Positions 56,524-64,000 of a stretch of 64,000 nucleotides of DNA are shown here, in pieces. How positions within the stretch are numbered: position 1 is the first letter of the stretch; each line of letters starts with the position of its first letter. The notes beneath the pieces are model-generated. The model saw only the letters and a list, made by a program, of their open reading frames with translations, was not told where the DNA came from and made no database searches. Position numbers and translations under genes: made by a program. Source of the stretch: an uncultured Clostridia bacterium (GTDB taxonomy: Bacteria; Acidobacteriota; Blastocatellia; UBA7656); NCBI GenBank assembly GCA_964615905.1, contig CAZTUB010000005.1:56123-120122 (forward strand), read 5' to 3'.

Positions 56524-57819
56524 TTATACGGTCTGGGCGACGGGCTCTTTGCACAACTCGCTGCGCAGCCTTCGATAGTAGTAAAGGTGCAGCAGGTAGT
56601 CCAGCGCCATCGCCGACGCGCTCGTCCAGGCGGCCCCCTTCACTCCGTAAAGAGGGACTATCACTATAAGCCCCGCGACGCTTGCCACCGTAACCATAAC
56701 CGCGATGTTGCGAAGCTCGGCCCCGCGCCCGTGGGAGGCAAGGAACATGTTGTACGGCTGAAAAAGACCTACGCACAGGCCGAAGACCGCGAACGGAACG
56801 AGCAGCGGCGCGGCTTCGCTGTATTCCGGGAAGAGCAGGCGGAGCGCGAACGGCCCGAACAATATAAGCCCTGTCGATAACCCTACGAGCACGAGCGCGT
56901 TCCAGCGGGCGATTCGTCTTGGCACGCGGTCGAGCCTGGCAAAGGCGCGAAACCTCGTTATGGCAAGCGAGCGAGAGACCGTTGAGATGGGGCTCGCGAG
57001 TTTCTGCGCCAGCGCGTATAGACCGAGCGGCGAAAGGTCCGTTACGAAATAGGCTATGATGAGGTTGTCGAACCTTGAAGATATCTGCCCGGTTATACGC
57101 GCAAGGTATACGTTCAGCCCATAGCCGCGCGCTTCCCCAAGCACGCGCTTTATATTGCCCCGCACGTCGTTGAACTTCGGCTTCAACCCGGCGAGCGCCC
57201 AGACCGCGCCCATGCCTATGCCGGATAGATAGGCCACCAGCGCAGTCCCGGCCGTCAACCGGTGCGAGAGCGCAAGCGGGACCAGTATCAACAGGTAAAG
57301 GAGCGACGTTATCAACTGGAACACAGAGAGGCGGCGAATCTGGTTCAAGCCCTGACAACTCTGTTCGACGAGCCATTGAAACGGTTGAAAAAAGGCGAAG
57401 GCGGCGACCGCAATGAGCAGCCACTTAACGTCTTTGTCGAAGAAGAAAGCGATTGGCGCGGCAGCCAGAGCCACGAAGATTGCGAAGATTGCCCCGATCC
57501 CTGCGGCCATCAAGATGAGCGCGGCCAGCGCTCGCCGCTCGGCATTGCGCGACCCGGCCAGCGCAAGCACTCGCGAGCCTGCCGAAAAGATGCCGAACTC
57601 GAAAAACAACCCGCCAAGCACGATGATCGTCAGGCAGAACGTGAACCGGCCAAGCTCCTTCGGCTCCATCCACTTTGCCTGTATGAGGCCCGTGACAACC
57701 CCTAACGCCATCGAGCCCGTGTGCGCCGAAAAGAGCATGCCGGCTTGCCGCGATGTCTCGCCCATACGCGCCCACAGCGCGCGCGCGCCCGTCGGCCCCG
57801 AGCCTTCGCCTGCTATCAC
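56524..57819 (-). CDS. Polysaccharide biosynthesis flippase (Wzx-like, MOP/PST family)
   Basis: ~12 TM helices. Length 431 aa. Lies within the EPS cluster. The other-frame ORF 56513..57424 is rejected. Confidence 0.7.
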   Translation of the reverse strand: MIAGEGSGPTGARALWARMGETSRQAGMLFSAHTGSMALGVVTGLIQAKWMEPKELGRFTFCLTIIVLGGLFFEFGIFSAGSRVLALAGSRNAERRALAALILMAAGIGAIFAIFVALAAAPIAFFFDKDVKWLLIAVAAFAFFQPFQWLVEQSCQGLNQIRRLSVFQLITSLLYLLILVPLALSHRLTAGTALVAYLSGIGMGAVWALAGLKPKFNDVRGNIKRVLGEARGYGLNVYLARITGQISSRFDNLIIAYFVTDLSPLGLYALAQKLASPISTVSRSLAITRFRAFARLDRVPRRIARWNALVLVGLSTGLILFGPFALRLLFPEYSEAAPLLVPFAVFGLCVGLFQPYNMFLASHGRGAELRNIAVMVTVASVAGLIVIVPLYGVKGAAWTSASAMALDYLLHLYYYRRLRSELCKEPVAQTV

Positions 57820-57856
57820 AGATGATTGCGCTTCGATCTTCAGACGCTCGTGCTCC

Positions 57857-59884
57857 TCACGCTATAAGACCTGAGCCGACCGCTTCGACGGACCCGCTCT
57901 TGCTCACAGGATTCCCGCTGCCTTCGATCCATCGCTCGTACCAGAGGCTCAGATTTAACAGGCTCCACAGGAAGAAAGAGTTGTTGACGCGCCCCTGGCG
58001 ATGCTGCGCGAGCAGTAGTTTGATGTAGTCGTAATCGAACAGTTCAAGCCTGCGGAGCGACCCGTTTAAGAGCGAGTCTTCGACAAACCCGCTCATCCGG
58101 CCGAACATCCACTCGTTTATCGGAACGCCGAAGCCGCGCTTCTTTCGGCCGATCACGCGGTCGGGGATGATGCCTTCGAGCGCGCGTTTGAGCAGGTACT
58201 TCGTCTGGCCATCGCGGTATTTCATCTCTCGCGGCAGGCTCAGGGCAAACTCCACCAGGTGATGGTCGAGAAAGGGCACGCGGGCTTCGACCGATGTCGC
58301 CATGGTTATCTTGTCCACTCGCATCAAGAGAAGCTCTGCCAGGCGCAGCTTCAGATCGAGATAGGTCATGCGCTCAAGCTGGTCCGCTTCGGGCCTTTGT
58401 GCGAGCAGCCGGTCGAGGTCTTCGCGCACGACTTTGTGTGACGACAGCCGCGCGCCGCCGTTTGATGATGCGGCAATCATCCGCATCGCCTCCGGCGTAA
58501 GCAACTGCCGCTTTCGCGTTTCGTCGAAGATGAACGCGCCGCTCCAGAAAAGCTCTTCTCCTTCGCCGAGCCTGCGCAGCAGGTCGGGCGCAATCTTCCC
58601 CCACGCAGGCGGAAGCACCGGTTCTGCTGCGCGGAAAACGGCGAGCGCGGACCGCGCCGCCGCCTTTCTTAGCGCCGGTGGGAGCGCGGCCAGGTAGCGC
58701 CAGGCGTAATCGTAAAACTTTAGATAGTGAGTGTAATCGCGATACCCGCAGAAAAGCTCGTCCGCCCCTTCGCCGACCTGAACGACCGTGACGCCCGCCT
58801 CGCGCGCGAGCTTCGAGACGTAGTAGAGCGGCACGCAGACAGGGTCCGCAATCGGCTCGTCCTGGTGATAGATCAGGTCCGGGATGAAGTCTACAAAATC
58901 GCGCTCGGTTATGATGATCTCGTGATGATCCGTGTGGTACTCCGAGGCGATGGCTCGCGCCTCTTCTATCTCGTTGTAGCCGGGATTGTCGCCAAACCCG
59001 ACCGTAAAGGTGCGCACGGGTCTTGTCATCAACCTCGACATCAAAGCGACGTTTGCGGTCGAGTCGATCCCGCCCGACAGGAAGACCCCGAAATCGACAT
59101 CGCTCATCATACGCTTTTCGATAGACCGCTCAAGCAACTCGACAAGTCTTGCCGTCAGCTCCTGCTCCGAACCGTTTTCGGCTTCGCGGCGGCTCGCGAT
59201 GGCGTCCCAGTAGCGCGTGATATTCACATCGCCGCGAGCGTCAACTGTCATCAGGCATCCGGCGGGCAGTTTCTTTATCCCACGAAAGAGCGTGTCGGGC
59301 GCGGGCGTGGTCAGAAAGGTCAGGTAGTGATAGAGCGATTCGAGGTCGACTTCGCGGCCTGCGCTCTCATGAGCGAGGATCGCTTTTATCTCGGAGGCGA
59401 AGATGAGCCGCCCGTTCTCTATCGTGTAATAGAGCGGGTTAACCCCTATACGGTCGCGGGCCAGCACAAGCCGCTGCCTGCCCTCGTCCCACAAGGCTAT
59501 CGCGAAATCGCCTTCGATCTCTTGAACGAAATCGAGCCCGCGCTCCTCGTAAAGATGGATGATCGTTTCTGTATCGGTTCGCGAGCGATATGTGTGGCCT
59601 CGCTCTTGAAGGCGCGCTCTGATGGGTTCGTGGTTGTATATCTCGCCGTTGAAGATTATCCACACCGTCTCGTCTTCGTTCGGCATGGGGTTATGCCCCG
59701 CGGGCGAAAGATCGACTATCGAAAGCCGCCGGTGTCCGAGCCCCACGCGGCGGTCGGCGCTCAGGTAGATGCCCGCGTCGTCGGGGCCGCGATGGCTCAG
59801 CACATCGCGCATACGGGTGATCTGCCCGGCGGTCACGCCCGGCTGGCTCACTCCGAATTCATAGACTCCGCAGATGCCGCACAT
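57857..59884 (-). CDS. asnB: Asparagine synthase (glutamine-hydrolysing), AsnB family, EPS-cluster type
   Basis: N-terminal MCGICGV Ntn-glutaminase start. SGGIDS PP-loop motif (FGVFLSGGIDSTANVAL). 675 aa. Confidence 0.85.
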   Translation of the reverse strand: MCGICGVYEFGVSQPGVTAGQITRMRDVLSHRGPDDAGIYLSADRRVGLGHRRLSIVDLSPAGHNPMPNEDETVWIIFNGEIYNHEPIRARLQERGHTYRSRTDTETIIHLYEERGLDFVQEIEGDFAIALWDEGRQRLVLARDRIGVNPLYYTIENGRLIFASEIKAILAHESAGREVDLESLYHYLTFLTTPAPDTLFRGIKKLPAGCLMTVDARGDVNITRYWDAIASRREAENGSEQELTARLVELLERSIEKRMMSDVDFGVFLSGGIDSTANVALMSRLMTRPVRTFTVGFGDNPGYNEIEEARAIASEYHTDHHEIIITERDFVDFIPDLIYHQDEPIADPVCVPLYYVSKLAREAGVTVVQVGEGADELFCGYRDYTHYLKFYDYAWRYLAALPPALRKAAARSALAVFRAAEPVLPPAWGKIAPDLLRRLGEGEELFWSGAFIFDETRKRQLLTPEAMRMIAASSNGGARLSSHKVVREDLDRLLAQRPEADQLERMTYLDLKLRLAELLLMRVDKITMATSVEARVPFLDHHLVEFALSLPREMKYRDGQTKYLLKRALEGIIPDRVIGRKKRGFGVPINEWMFGRMSGFVEDSLLNGSLRRLELFDYDYIKLLLAQHRQGRVNNSFFLWSLLNLSLWYERWIEGSGNPVSKSGSVEAVGSGLIA

Positions 59885-59913
59885 CTTGATCTTTTGCCCT
59901 TAATCTCGATCTC

Positions 59914-62010
59914 TCAATCTTGCGAGTACCGCTCCTCGAACTCCCTTGCGATCATCTCCACTTTCGCATCGTCCCCGATCTGGTAGGGGATGAGCAGCGT
60001 GATATTTTCTAAGGGGGCGCTCCTGTTCAAGCGATATATGATAGCAGAAGAAGGCTCGCGCACGCCGTAACTCGGAGAGATCCAACGGGGGGCGACCTCT
60101 GCCTCGAACTGGTGACGCGAGACAACGATCACTGCAAGCGTGGCATGCTCGCCCCGCGCCGACGCGCGGAGATTGTCTTCGAGCCGAACCTCAAGACCTG
60201 AATCGAAATTGAAGAAGAACTCGAAGAGGTGGCGGCCGTCGCCTGAAAAAGTGTCGCGGATAATCCAGAACCCTCTCTGCTTTTCAAATATCACCGCGCG
60301 GCGATGAACCAGACCCCCCGCCTCGCCCGAATATGCGTGGTGCTCGGCGTCGAGCAGATCGCGGTCTGTCGAAGACTGCCAGTCGTTTATCACAGGCTTG
60401 ATGTTGGGACCGAGCGCGAACAGGTGGCCTTCGGTTATCGAGCTGATGTCGCGGCGGTCGATTCGGACGGTGTTGTGATAGGCGGTCGAGCGAAACAGGT
60501 TTCGCCACCGCTCGCTCGCCGAGTAAACGTATGTGCCGGGGTCGCGCAAGAATGTATGGCCATAAGCGAATAGCTCAAGCGAGAGCGCGTCTGAATGAGC
60601 GTGTGAGCCGCGCCCAAGCGTGCCGTGGTCACCGCAATCTATGATCGAGTAGAGCGGCCCGCTCCGCTCTATGAAAATCTGCGCGTCGGGGAATGCGCGA
60701 GAGCGAGGCTCCTCACCGTGCGCGGGCAGGCTTTCGAACGCCTCGCGGCCTTCAGCGCCGAACCACCAGACGGCCTCTTGATCCAGGCGGCTCGATTGCT
60801 TGTACTTCTCCTGTTCGAGCAGAACCGCCGCTATCGACATCAAATATGAATGATCGCGCGGCTCGCGAGCCTTGAAACACAAGAGCCTTCCGTCGTCGCT
60901 GTCTCCGATTATAGGCGCGGTCCCGTCTGGCTTGATGTAGCTTTGCGCGAAGTCGAACATCGCTTCCAATCTATGCCAGTAACGACCGGGAACCTCGATT
61001 CTGTTTGCGCGACAGAGCGCGAAAAAGAGCGTGAAGATTTCAAGCACAAGCCTGTGATAGCCGACAGAGCCTTCGTAGCTGACCCCGTCCGGGTAGACCT
61101 GCCGCTCAAGCTCGAACAGCAGTCGGGGGGCGCTGAAAGCTACCCACTCGCGGGCCTCGTCAAGCTCCGGCGCGCACAACCCTGTTGCGAACAGCCCTAT
61201 CAAATCCGACAGGTAATGATTGCTGGGCGCGCGGTTTGAATATTCGAGATTGCTGCGAATAAACCGGCCGTGCGAGAGCAGCGTCTTTAAGATGAGCTTG
61301 ATCGCATCGTCGCTCAAGAGCTTTGAGCCGCGAAAAAGCTGGAGCGCGGCGATGAGGTTTATCGCGCGAATCGCCGCTTCCATCGCCACCATCCAGTTGA
61401 CGCCAAAACGCGGGGGGTTATCTTCGTACCACGAGGCGAGCTGGATCAAAAACTCTTCGGCATATCGCTCGTCGCCCGTGAGCGCAAAGGCGCGACCGAG
61501 CGTTGTGAAGTGGTGCAGCCGGTTCAGCTCCCACACGCGGCGCGCGTCAGAGCCTGGCTCGACTTGAACATTCATGCGCGTGAAGTGGTCGAACGGCCAT
61601 TTGACTTGAGTGGCGGGGTCGGCGTGCCAGTCGATGACCGGGCCGAGATTGAATTCGCTGTCGAAGATCGTGATTCGGTGAGAGAGCACGAGGCTGGCTT
61701 CTGCGACCGCCTCTTTGACCGAGTCGGGAAAAAACTGTGAGAGCGTGCGAGCCGTACCGGACAGGTCTGCCAGCCCCGCCGTCAGGGATGGCTCGCGGCG
61801 CTCGCGTATACTGGCGGCGACTTTGTAGAGCGTGTCGCCCTTTAATGCGCGCGACAGGTTTTCGTCTGTGATGTATGTCGAGCCGGGTTTATCGAGAGCA
61901 CGGCTCGTCGCGCGGCCGACGCGTCGCTCGATGCGGAGCATGACCTCGGCGACTATTTCGCCTGCCGTCATTCCCCGGATTTTAGACCGCAGGTTGGTCA
62001 GGCGTTCCAC
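59914..62010 (-). CDS. Heparinase II/III-like family protein
   Basis: Conserved heparinase II/III blocks (IDWHADPATQVKWPFDHF, RVWELNRLHHF, NHYLSDL..). Typical partner of AsnB in EPS clusters. Confidence 0.7.
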   Translation of the reverse strand: MERLTNLRSKIRGMTAGEIVAEVMLRIERRVGRATSRALDKPGSTYITDENLSRALKGDTLYKVAASIRERREPSLTAGLADLSGTARTLSQFFPDSVKEAVAEASLVLSHRITIFDSEFNLGPVIDWHADPATQVKWPFDHFTRMNVQVEPGSDARRVWELNRLHHFTTLGRAFALTGDERYAEEFLIQLASWYEDNPPRFGVNWMVAMEAAIRAINLIAALQLFRGSKLLSDDAIKLILKTLLSHGRFIRSNLEYSNRAPSNHYLSDLIGLFATGLCAPELDEAREWVAFSAPRLLFELERQVYPDGVSYEGSVGYHRLVLEIFTLFFALCRANRIEVPGRYWHRLEAMFDFAQSYIKPDGTAPIIGDSDDGRLLCFKAREPRDHSYLMSIAAVLLEQEKYKQSSRLDQEAVWWFGAEGREAFESLPAHGEEPRSRAFPDAQIFIERSGPLYSIIDCGDHGTLGRGSHAHSDALSLELFAYGHTFLRDPGTYVYSASERWRNLFRSTAYHNTVRIDRRDISSITEGHLFALGPNIKPVINDWQSSTDRDLLDAEHHAYSGEAGGLVHRRAVIFEKQRGFWIIRDTFSGDGRHLFEFFFNFDSGLEVRLEDNLRASARGEHATLAVIVVSRHQFEAEVAPRWISPSYGVREPSSAIIYRLNRSAPLENITLLIPYQIGDDAKVEMIAREFEERYSQD

Positions 62011-63346
62011 CGCGCTCCCGTTCGTGCTTACCGGCTGAACCGTTCAGCAGCAAGCCGAGAAGAAAGAAAAAATAGAGATTAAGGTCGGAGTACGCGCCGC
62101 TTGTGAGCGTCAGCCCCGGTATCCAGTAGGCGAAGGCAATCGCCAGGTAACAGGCCGCGCGCCGCCGCTCGCTGCCCGAGCGTGCGCGCTTGAACGCCCT
62201 GTATCCCGCGAGGAAGATGTAGACGTTTGCCAGCAGGTATAAAACGGAAGCCGCGAGCCCAAGCTCTGACGCTATCCATAAGATGTTCGAGTGAGGGCTT
62301 GCCGCCGCGCGCGCGTCGAGCACCGATTCTCGAAGCCTGTCCTGGCCAACATACGTCTGTTGAAAGTATGTGGTGTAGTTTCCAAGCCCCACTCCGAGAA
62401 GAGGGTTCTCAAGCGCGATCTTTGTCGCCGTCTGCCAGGTGGCAACACGGCCGTAGATGTTTCTCGGATCGGCAAGCCGTCTCTCTAGAGACTGCCACCC
62501 GATTATCGCAAAGAGCAGGGCGATCATCGCAAGCAAACCAAGCGTCTTTGCGTTTACTCTCGTAAGCCAGCCACGGTGGCCCGCAAGCGAATATAGCGCC
62601 CAGCAGATGACAAGCGCCGCCGCGACGACGCGGAACAGCGGCAGCAGGCAGGCGAGCGCCGCAGAGGCCAGCGCGATAACGTAAAGCAAACGCGCGCTCT
62701 TATCGAGCCGCGCGCCCACAGCGGCGGGCGCGGCCCTGACAAACAGCGCGACCATCAGGCATATGACCGCGTAAGACGAATCGGAAGCAAACGGGCCGTT
62801 GACACGCAGCTCGCCTTCGCGGACAAGCTCCGACCCTTTATACGGGAAGAGGTTCGACCCGGTCAGGTATTCGTACGCGCCCGTTGCAAACAGGAAGGCC
62901 GCGAGCCACATCGCAAGCAGAATGAGCGTGGGACCTTTTCGCCTGAGATCGAGATTGCGGCGCGCTATGTGAAACGCCGCGAGCGGGAGCAGGAATGAAT
63001 CGAGCGCGGTCTTGGATGCGGCCCCTATGTCGAATGATTGCGCCACCGCGCTTACCACCGCCAGAACCGACACTAGCGCCCAGAAGATTTCGAGCTTGAC
63101 GAGCGGCAGCGTCTTCGCGCGCAAAGCACGGCGGGCGGCGACAAAAATTGCGGTTGCAAAGACCGCGCGGTCGAATGTGATTATTGATCTCTCCGCCGGG
63201 TAGCGTATAAAAAAGGAGGCGATTGGCGAGAGCGCAAACCACGCGAGCAGCAATAGCTCAAGGCTGAAAAGGGTTTGAATAGAAGATTGAAGCCTGAAAG
63301 GCGGCGACCACGAAGCGGGGTTTGGGATTGGAATCACGTTGCGCAT
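61982..63346 (-). CDS. O-antigen ligase/polymerase family membrane protein (Wzy-like)
   Basis: Start at ATG 63346 (MRNVIPIP...). ~10-12 TM helices with a large periplasmic loop, typical of the Wzy_C/O-antigen ligase family. Confidence 0.6.
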   Translation of the reverse strand: MRNVIPIPNPASWSPPFRLQSSIQTLFSLELLLLAWFALSPIASFFIRYPAERSIITFDRAVFATAIFVAARRALRAKTLPLVKLEIFWALVSVLAVVSAVAQSFDIGAASKTALDSFLLPLAAFHIARRNLDLRRKGPTLILLAMWLAAFLFATGAYEYLTGSNLFPYKGSELVREGELRVNGPFASDSSYAVICLMVALFVRAAPAAVGARLDKSARLLYVIALASAALACLLPLFRVVAAALVICWALYSLAGHRGWLTRVNAKTLGLLAMIALLFAIIGWQSLERRLADPRNIYGRVATWQTATKIALENPLLGVGLGNYTTYFQQTYVGQDRLRESVLDARAAASPHSNILWIASELGLAASVLYLLANVYIFLAGYRAFKRARSGSERRRAACYLAIAFAYWIPGLTLTSGAYSDLNLYFFFLLGLLLNGSAGKHERERGGTPDQPAV

Positions 63347-63357
63347 CGCCCACTCCT

Positions 63358-64000
63358 TCACGGCCTGCGCGCGGCTTCGGTCTGCTTCCCGGCCCTCTCG
63401 ATTGCATCGACGATGCGCGCCGCCGCATGGCCGTCCCAAAGCTCAGGAACTCGCGGCGCTCCGCGCTCGGCGTCGAGCGCGGCCGTAGCCTCGCGCTTGA
63501 TGGCTTCAGGATCGTTGCCGACTACGCGGTTTGTTCCTTCGGTGACGGTGATGGGCCGTTCAGTATTCTCTCTGAGCGTCAGGCAGGGTATGCCGAGCGC
63601 GGTTGTCTCTTCCTGCACGCCGCCGCTGTCTGTAAGCACGAGCCTTGAGTTGCTGTAAAGCTGCAAGAAATCGAGATAGCCAAGCGGCTCCGACAATATC
63701 AGATTCTTCTGCGCGGCAACTCTTTCGGTAAGCCCGAACTCTTCGAGCCGCGCGCGCGTGCGCGGGTGAACCGGAAAGACTACCGGCAGCCGCCGCTGAA
63801 GGAAATCGACCGCGTCTAGAATACCAGCCAGCACGTTGCTTGTGTCCACGTTCGACGGGCGGTGCAGGGTCATTGCCGCAAACTCGCGGGGCTTCAGTCC
63901 GAAGCGTTCGAGCGTCTGGCGCGCGCGCGCGCGCTCAAGATTGCGGCGCAACGTGTCGATCATCACGTTCCCGACAAAGCATATCTTGTCGGGCGAGATG
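63358..64000 (-). CDS. wecB: UDP-N-acetylglucosamine 2-epimerase (non-hydrolysing), C-terminal part; N-terminus beyond window end
   Basis: C-terminal epimerase_2 motifs (HRPSNVD, VVFPVHPRT, LVLTDSGGVQEETTALGIPCLTLRENTERP). Confidence 0.85.
   Translation of the reverse strand, partial: ISPDKICFVGNVMIDTLRRNLERARARQTLERFGLKPREFAAMTLHRPSNVDTSNVLAGILDAVDFLQRRLPVVFPVHPRTRARLEEFGLTERVAAQKNLILSEPLGYLDFLQLYSNSRLVLTDSGGVQEETTALGIPCLTLRENTERPITVTEGTNRVVGNDPEAIKREATAALDAERGAPRVPELWDGHAAARIVDAIERAGKQTEAARRP

Noticed and set aside
55984-56880. 298-aa plus-strand ORF
   Set aside because: Antisense to the MTase-GT fusion N-terminus and the flippase C-terminus.
56513-57424. 303-aa minus-strand ORF
   Set aside because: Alternative frame overlapping the Wzx-like gene. 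Arg/Ala-rich, whereas the chosen frame is uniformly hydrophobic multi-TM.
58727-59986. 419-aa plus-strand ORF
   Set aside because: Antisense to asnB, which has the MCGICG start and SGGIDS motif.

Overview
High-GC (about 60-65%) chromosomal segment. Its gene content suggests an Acidobacteria-like organism (inference): a TIGR03436-type VWA protein, a TonB-dependent receptor with a carboxypeptidase-regulatory-like domain, FG-GAP/ASPIC-UnbV proteins and many Ser/Thr kinases. Coding density is high and no rRNA, tRNA, CRISPR or obvious transposase was recognised. The window has three functional blocks. (1) 1-33000: an alpha-glucan (starch/maltodextrin) utilisation locus. It holds a GH31 alpha-glucosidase, a ROK/Mlc-like regulator, two FG-GAP/ASPIC proteins, a TonB-dependent receptor, two TPR proteins and three GH13 amylases, two of which are tandem paralogs. 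It also holds an SDR, a VWA protein, a GPH/SLC45-like sugar symporter, a XylFGH-type CUT2 ABC transporter, two GNAT enzymes, a GH15 glucoamylase with a CBM48-like tail and a DUF427 protein. (2) 33000-42600: a co-directional minus-strand Ser/Thr signalling cluster. In transcription order it encodes a zinc-ribbon membrane protein, an FHA-TM-trypsin-like protease, an STK with a PEGA domain, a PP2C phosphatase, an STK, a tandem-repeat periplasmic protein and a further STK. (3) 48900-64000: a minus-strand exopolysaccharide/O-antigen-like cluster. It holds a partial wecB, a Wzy-like gene, a heparinase II/III-like gene, asnB, a Wzx-like flippase, an MTase-GT4 fusion, a GT4, a polytopic spermidine-synthase-like protein and a CapK/F390-synthetase-like ligase. 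Between blocks 2 and 3 lie rlmN, a PD-(D/E)xK-like hypothetical protein, two small membrane proteins and two orphan MacB-type permeases. The most unusual non-coding signal is a family of four near-perfect long hairpins whose arms are tandem heptamers (CGTGAAC/CGTAAAC/GTGACAA). All four sit immediately 3' of CDS ends. A second notable signal is 197 nt of perfect identity shared by the 5' ends of two paralogous kinase genes. Several long ORFs in the supplied track are antisense artefacts and were rejected.
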